Below are positions 58,263 through 59,440 of a stretch of 59,440 nt of DNA, piece by piece. This stretch comes from Gammaproteobacteria bacterium (GTDB lineage Bacteria > Pseudomonadota > Gammaproteobacteria > SZUA-229): contig JAVVEE010000005.1 in the NCBI GenBank assembly GCA_032251315.1, positions 1 to 59,440 on the forward strand. The letters are read 5' to 3'. Below the pieces are notes generated by a model. It was given only the letters and a program-made list of their open reading frames with translations, had not been told where the DNA came from and made no database searches. The number at the start of each line of letters is the position of its first letter. Within the stretch, counting starts at the first letter, position 1. A program made the position numbers and the translations under genes.

Positions 58263-58652
58263 TTAATCACACACATGAGTATCAGAATTTTCTATCACCT
58301 CATCGAACGGCATCATGGGTATCGATTTCATCATACCTTTCATGGGCTCGATGCATTTCATCATGGCTTTCATGGTTGGATCATTCTCCATTTCCTTTCC
58401 ATAGGAGATTGCTTTAGTCTGCGCCTGCGAACGCTTTCCAGCTCGGCATAAATCATCAACTTCCGACTCCACCTGTTCTGCACCGCGTTTTAATTCATCC
58501 AGCTTTTTTTCATCAATATTCTGCATACAGCTTTCCATGCCTTTCAGGTTTTTCATCATATTCTCAACATCAGCCTGATTCAGGCTCGGCATCTCCTGGG
58601 CGAAAGCGATTGCGGGCAATAACAGTGAAAGGGCAATGACTGTAATTTTCAT
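58263..58652 (-). CDS. Secreted Met-rich, four-Cys protein of unknown function
   Basis: Signal peptide 'MKITVIALSLLLPAIAFA'. The 111-aa mature part contains 14 Met, clustered as 'KAMMKCIEPMKGMMKSIPMMP', and 4 Cys. Confidence 0.6.
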   Translation of the reverse strand: MKITVIALSLLLPAIAFAQEMPSLNQADVENMMKNLKGMESCMQNIDEKKLDELKRGAEQVESEVDDLCRAGKRSQAQTKAISYGKEMENDPTMKAMMKCIEPMKGMMKSIPMMPFDEVIENSDTHVCD

Positions 58653-58816
58653 AAATATTACTCCTGATCAATTTAATAAAAGGTGACTGAATCTGTGGCC
58701 ATTATAGGCCTAATAAAACATTTGGAAAAAAACACATGTAAGAATATAGTGTTCGAATTAATCGTGCATCCATTTAGCCGGGTCGAAGCCGATATTCATC
58801 AAAAAGGAGACCACAA

Positions 58817-59440
58817 ATGAAGTTTAAAAACCCTCTGTGCCTGCTGGGCATAACCCTGTTTATCCAGTTACTCTTCTTCTCCGTAGCCGATGCAGATTTC
58901 ATGGAACCCTTCACCATCAAAAGCGAAGGCATTGAGCTGCGGGTCGAACAGGTGGCCGATAACTTTTCTGTGCCCTGGAGCATGGCTTTTATTTCCAAAG
59001 AAAAAATGCTGATTACAGAACGCGATGGCTCGGTCTACCTGTTTAATCTGACCGATGCTAAAAAAAGAAAACTCAGCAACACCCCGTCGGTTCTGGCGAC
59101 GGGTCAGGGCGGCATGCTCGATGTCATCCTGTCACCTGACTTCCCAAAAACAGGCTGGATCTACTTCACTTATGTAAAAGCTATCGATGGTAAAGGCGCA
59201 ACTACGCTTGGGCGAGGCCGACTCAATGACGAGCAGTCCGGCTTCAGTGAATGGCAGGAATTGCTGGTCACAAAATCAACCAGCGGCACAAGTCGGCATT
59301 TTGGCAGCCGCATTGCTTTTGATGATAAGGGCCATCTGTTTTTCGGCATCGGCGATCGCGGTGAACGCGACTATGCGCAGGATTTAAGCAACCATGCAGG
59401 TGCCATCCTCCGCTTGAATCTGGACGGCAGTGTTCCCGAT
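58817..59440 (+). CDS. PQQ-dependent sugar (glucose/sorbosone) dehydrogenase, YliI-like, 3'-truncated by the window end
   Basis: Not in the ORF track because it has no stop in the window. The RBS AAGGAG (58804-58809) precedes ATG 58817. The frame stays open for 208 codons. It has a signal peptide, 'PWSMAF', 'GQGGMLDV', 'HFGSRIAFD' and 'GDRGE'. Confidence 0.8.
   Translation, partial: MKFKNPLCLLGITLFIQLLFFSVADADFMEPFTIKSEGIELRVEQVADNFSVPWSMAFISKEKMLITERDGSVYLFNLTDAKKRKLSNTPSVLATGQGGMLDVILSPDFPKTGWIYFTYVKAIDGKGATTLGRGRLNDEQSGFSEWQELLVTKSTSGTSRHFGSRIAFDDKGHLFFGIGDRGERDYAQDLSNHAGAILRLNLDGSVPD

Noticed and set aside
58774-58998. 74-aa minus-strand ORF.
   Set aside because: It overlaps the 5' end of the well-supported plus-strand PQQ-type sugar dehydrogenase, which has an RBS, a signal peptide and conserved motifs.
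1-59440. Search for CRISPR arrays, IS elements or transposases, integrases, tRNA/rRNA genes, toxin-antitoxin pairs and defence systems.
   Set aside because: I saw none. No spaced direct-repeat arrays, no transposase- or integrase-like ORFs and no cloverleaf-like sequences occur in the intergenic regions. Apart from the right-hand ~5 kb, the window is conserved housekeeping content.

Overview
This 59.4-kb window looks like conserved gammaproteobacterial chromosome rather than an accessory island. I saw no rRNA, tRNA, CRISPR array, transposase or integrase, and no clear novel multi-gene system.

Gene content, 5' to 3':
- **Type IV pilus block (67-10992):** pilS-pilR, a divergent membrane ORF, two tandem pilin genes, pilB-pilC-pilD, then coaE-zapD.
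- **Minus-strand block (11052-36431):** a Nudix/ThiE-like fusion, argJ, secA, an M23 peptidase, a plus-strand DUF721 gene, lpxC, and a complete, tightly coupled dcw cluster. The dcw order is mraZ-rsmH-ftsL-ftsI-murE-murF-mraY-murD-ftsW-murG-murC-murB-ddl-ftsQ-ftsA-ftsZ.
- **rnpB (36694-37070):** a type-A RNase P RNA on the minus strand. The ORF track shows only spurious plus-strand ORFs here.
- **37698-42963:** prmA, a zinc-ribbon/DUF3426 gene, dusB, fis and purH.
- **cbb3 oxidase / anaerobic regulon (43201-54191):** ccoNOQP, an 86-aa ORF, ccoGH, hemN, fnr and ccoIS.
- **Less conserved right end (54191-59440):** an uncharacterised Cys-motif ORF coupled to ccoS, a PLD-VTT fusion with an EEP-family gene, an HdeD-like fragment, a Met-rich secreted protein, and a 3'-truncated PQQ-type sugar dehydrogenase.

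Regulatory elements readable directly from the sequence:
- a near-consensus sigma54 promoter with an upstream palindrome for pilA;
- a near-consensus sigma70 promoter followed by three GTGGG repeats at 10-bp spacing upstream of mraZ;
- an FNR-type box at about -41.5 relative to a TATAAT upstream of hemN.

The most interesting loci are the cysteine-free pilin next to an AT-rich spacer and a second pilin, the ccoS-coupled CxxC ORF, the PLD-VTT/EEP lipid-enzyme pair with the truncated HdeD-like ORF, the Met-rich periplasmic protein, and related short inverted-repeat modules in two intergenic regions.

All functional calls rest on motif recognition and recalled family knowledge. No database search was run.
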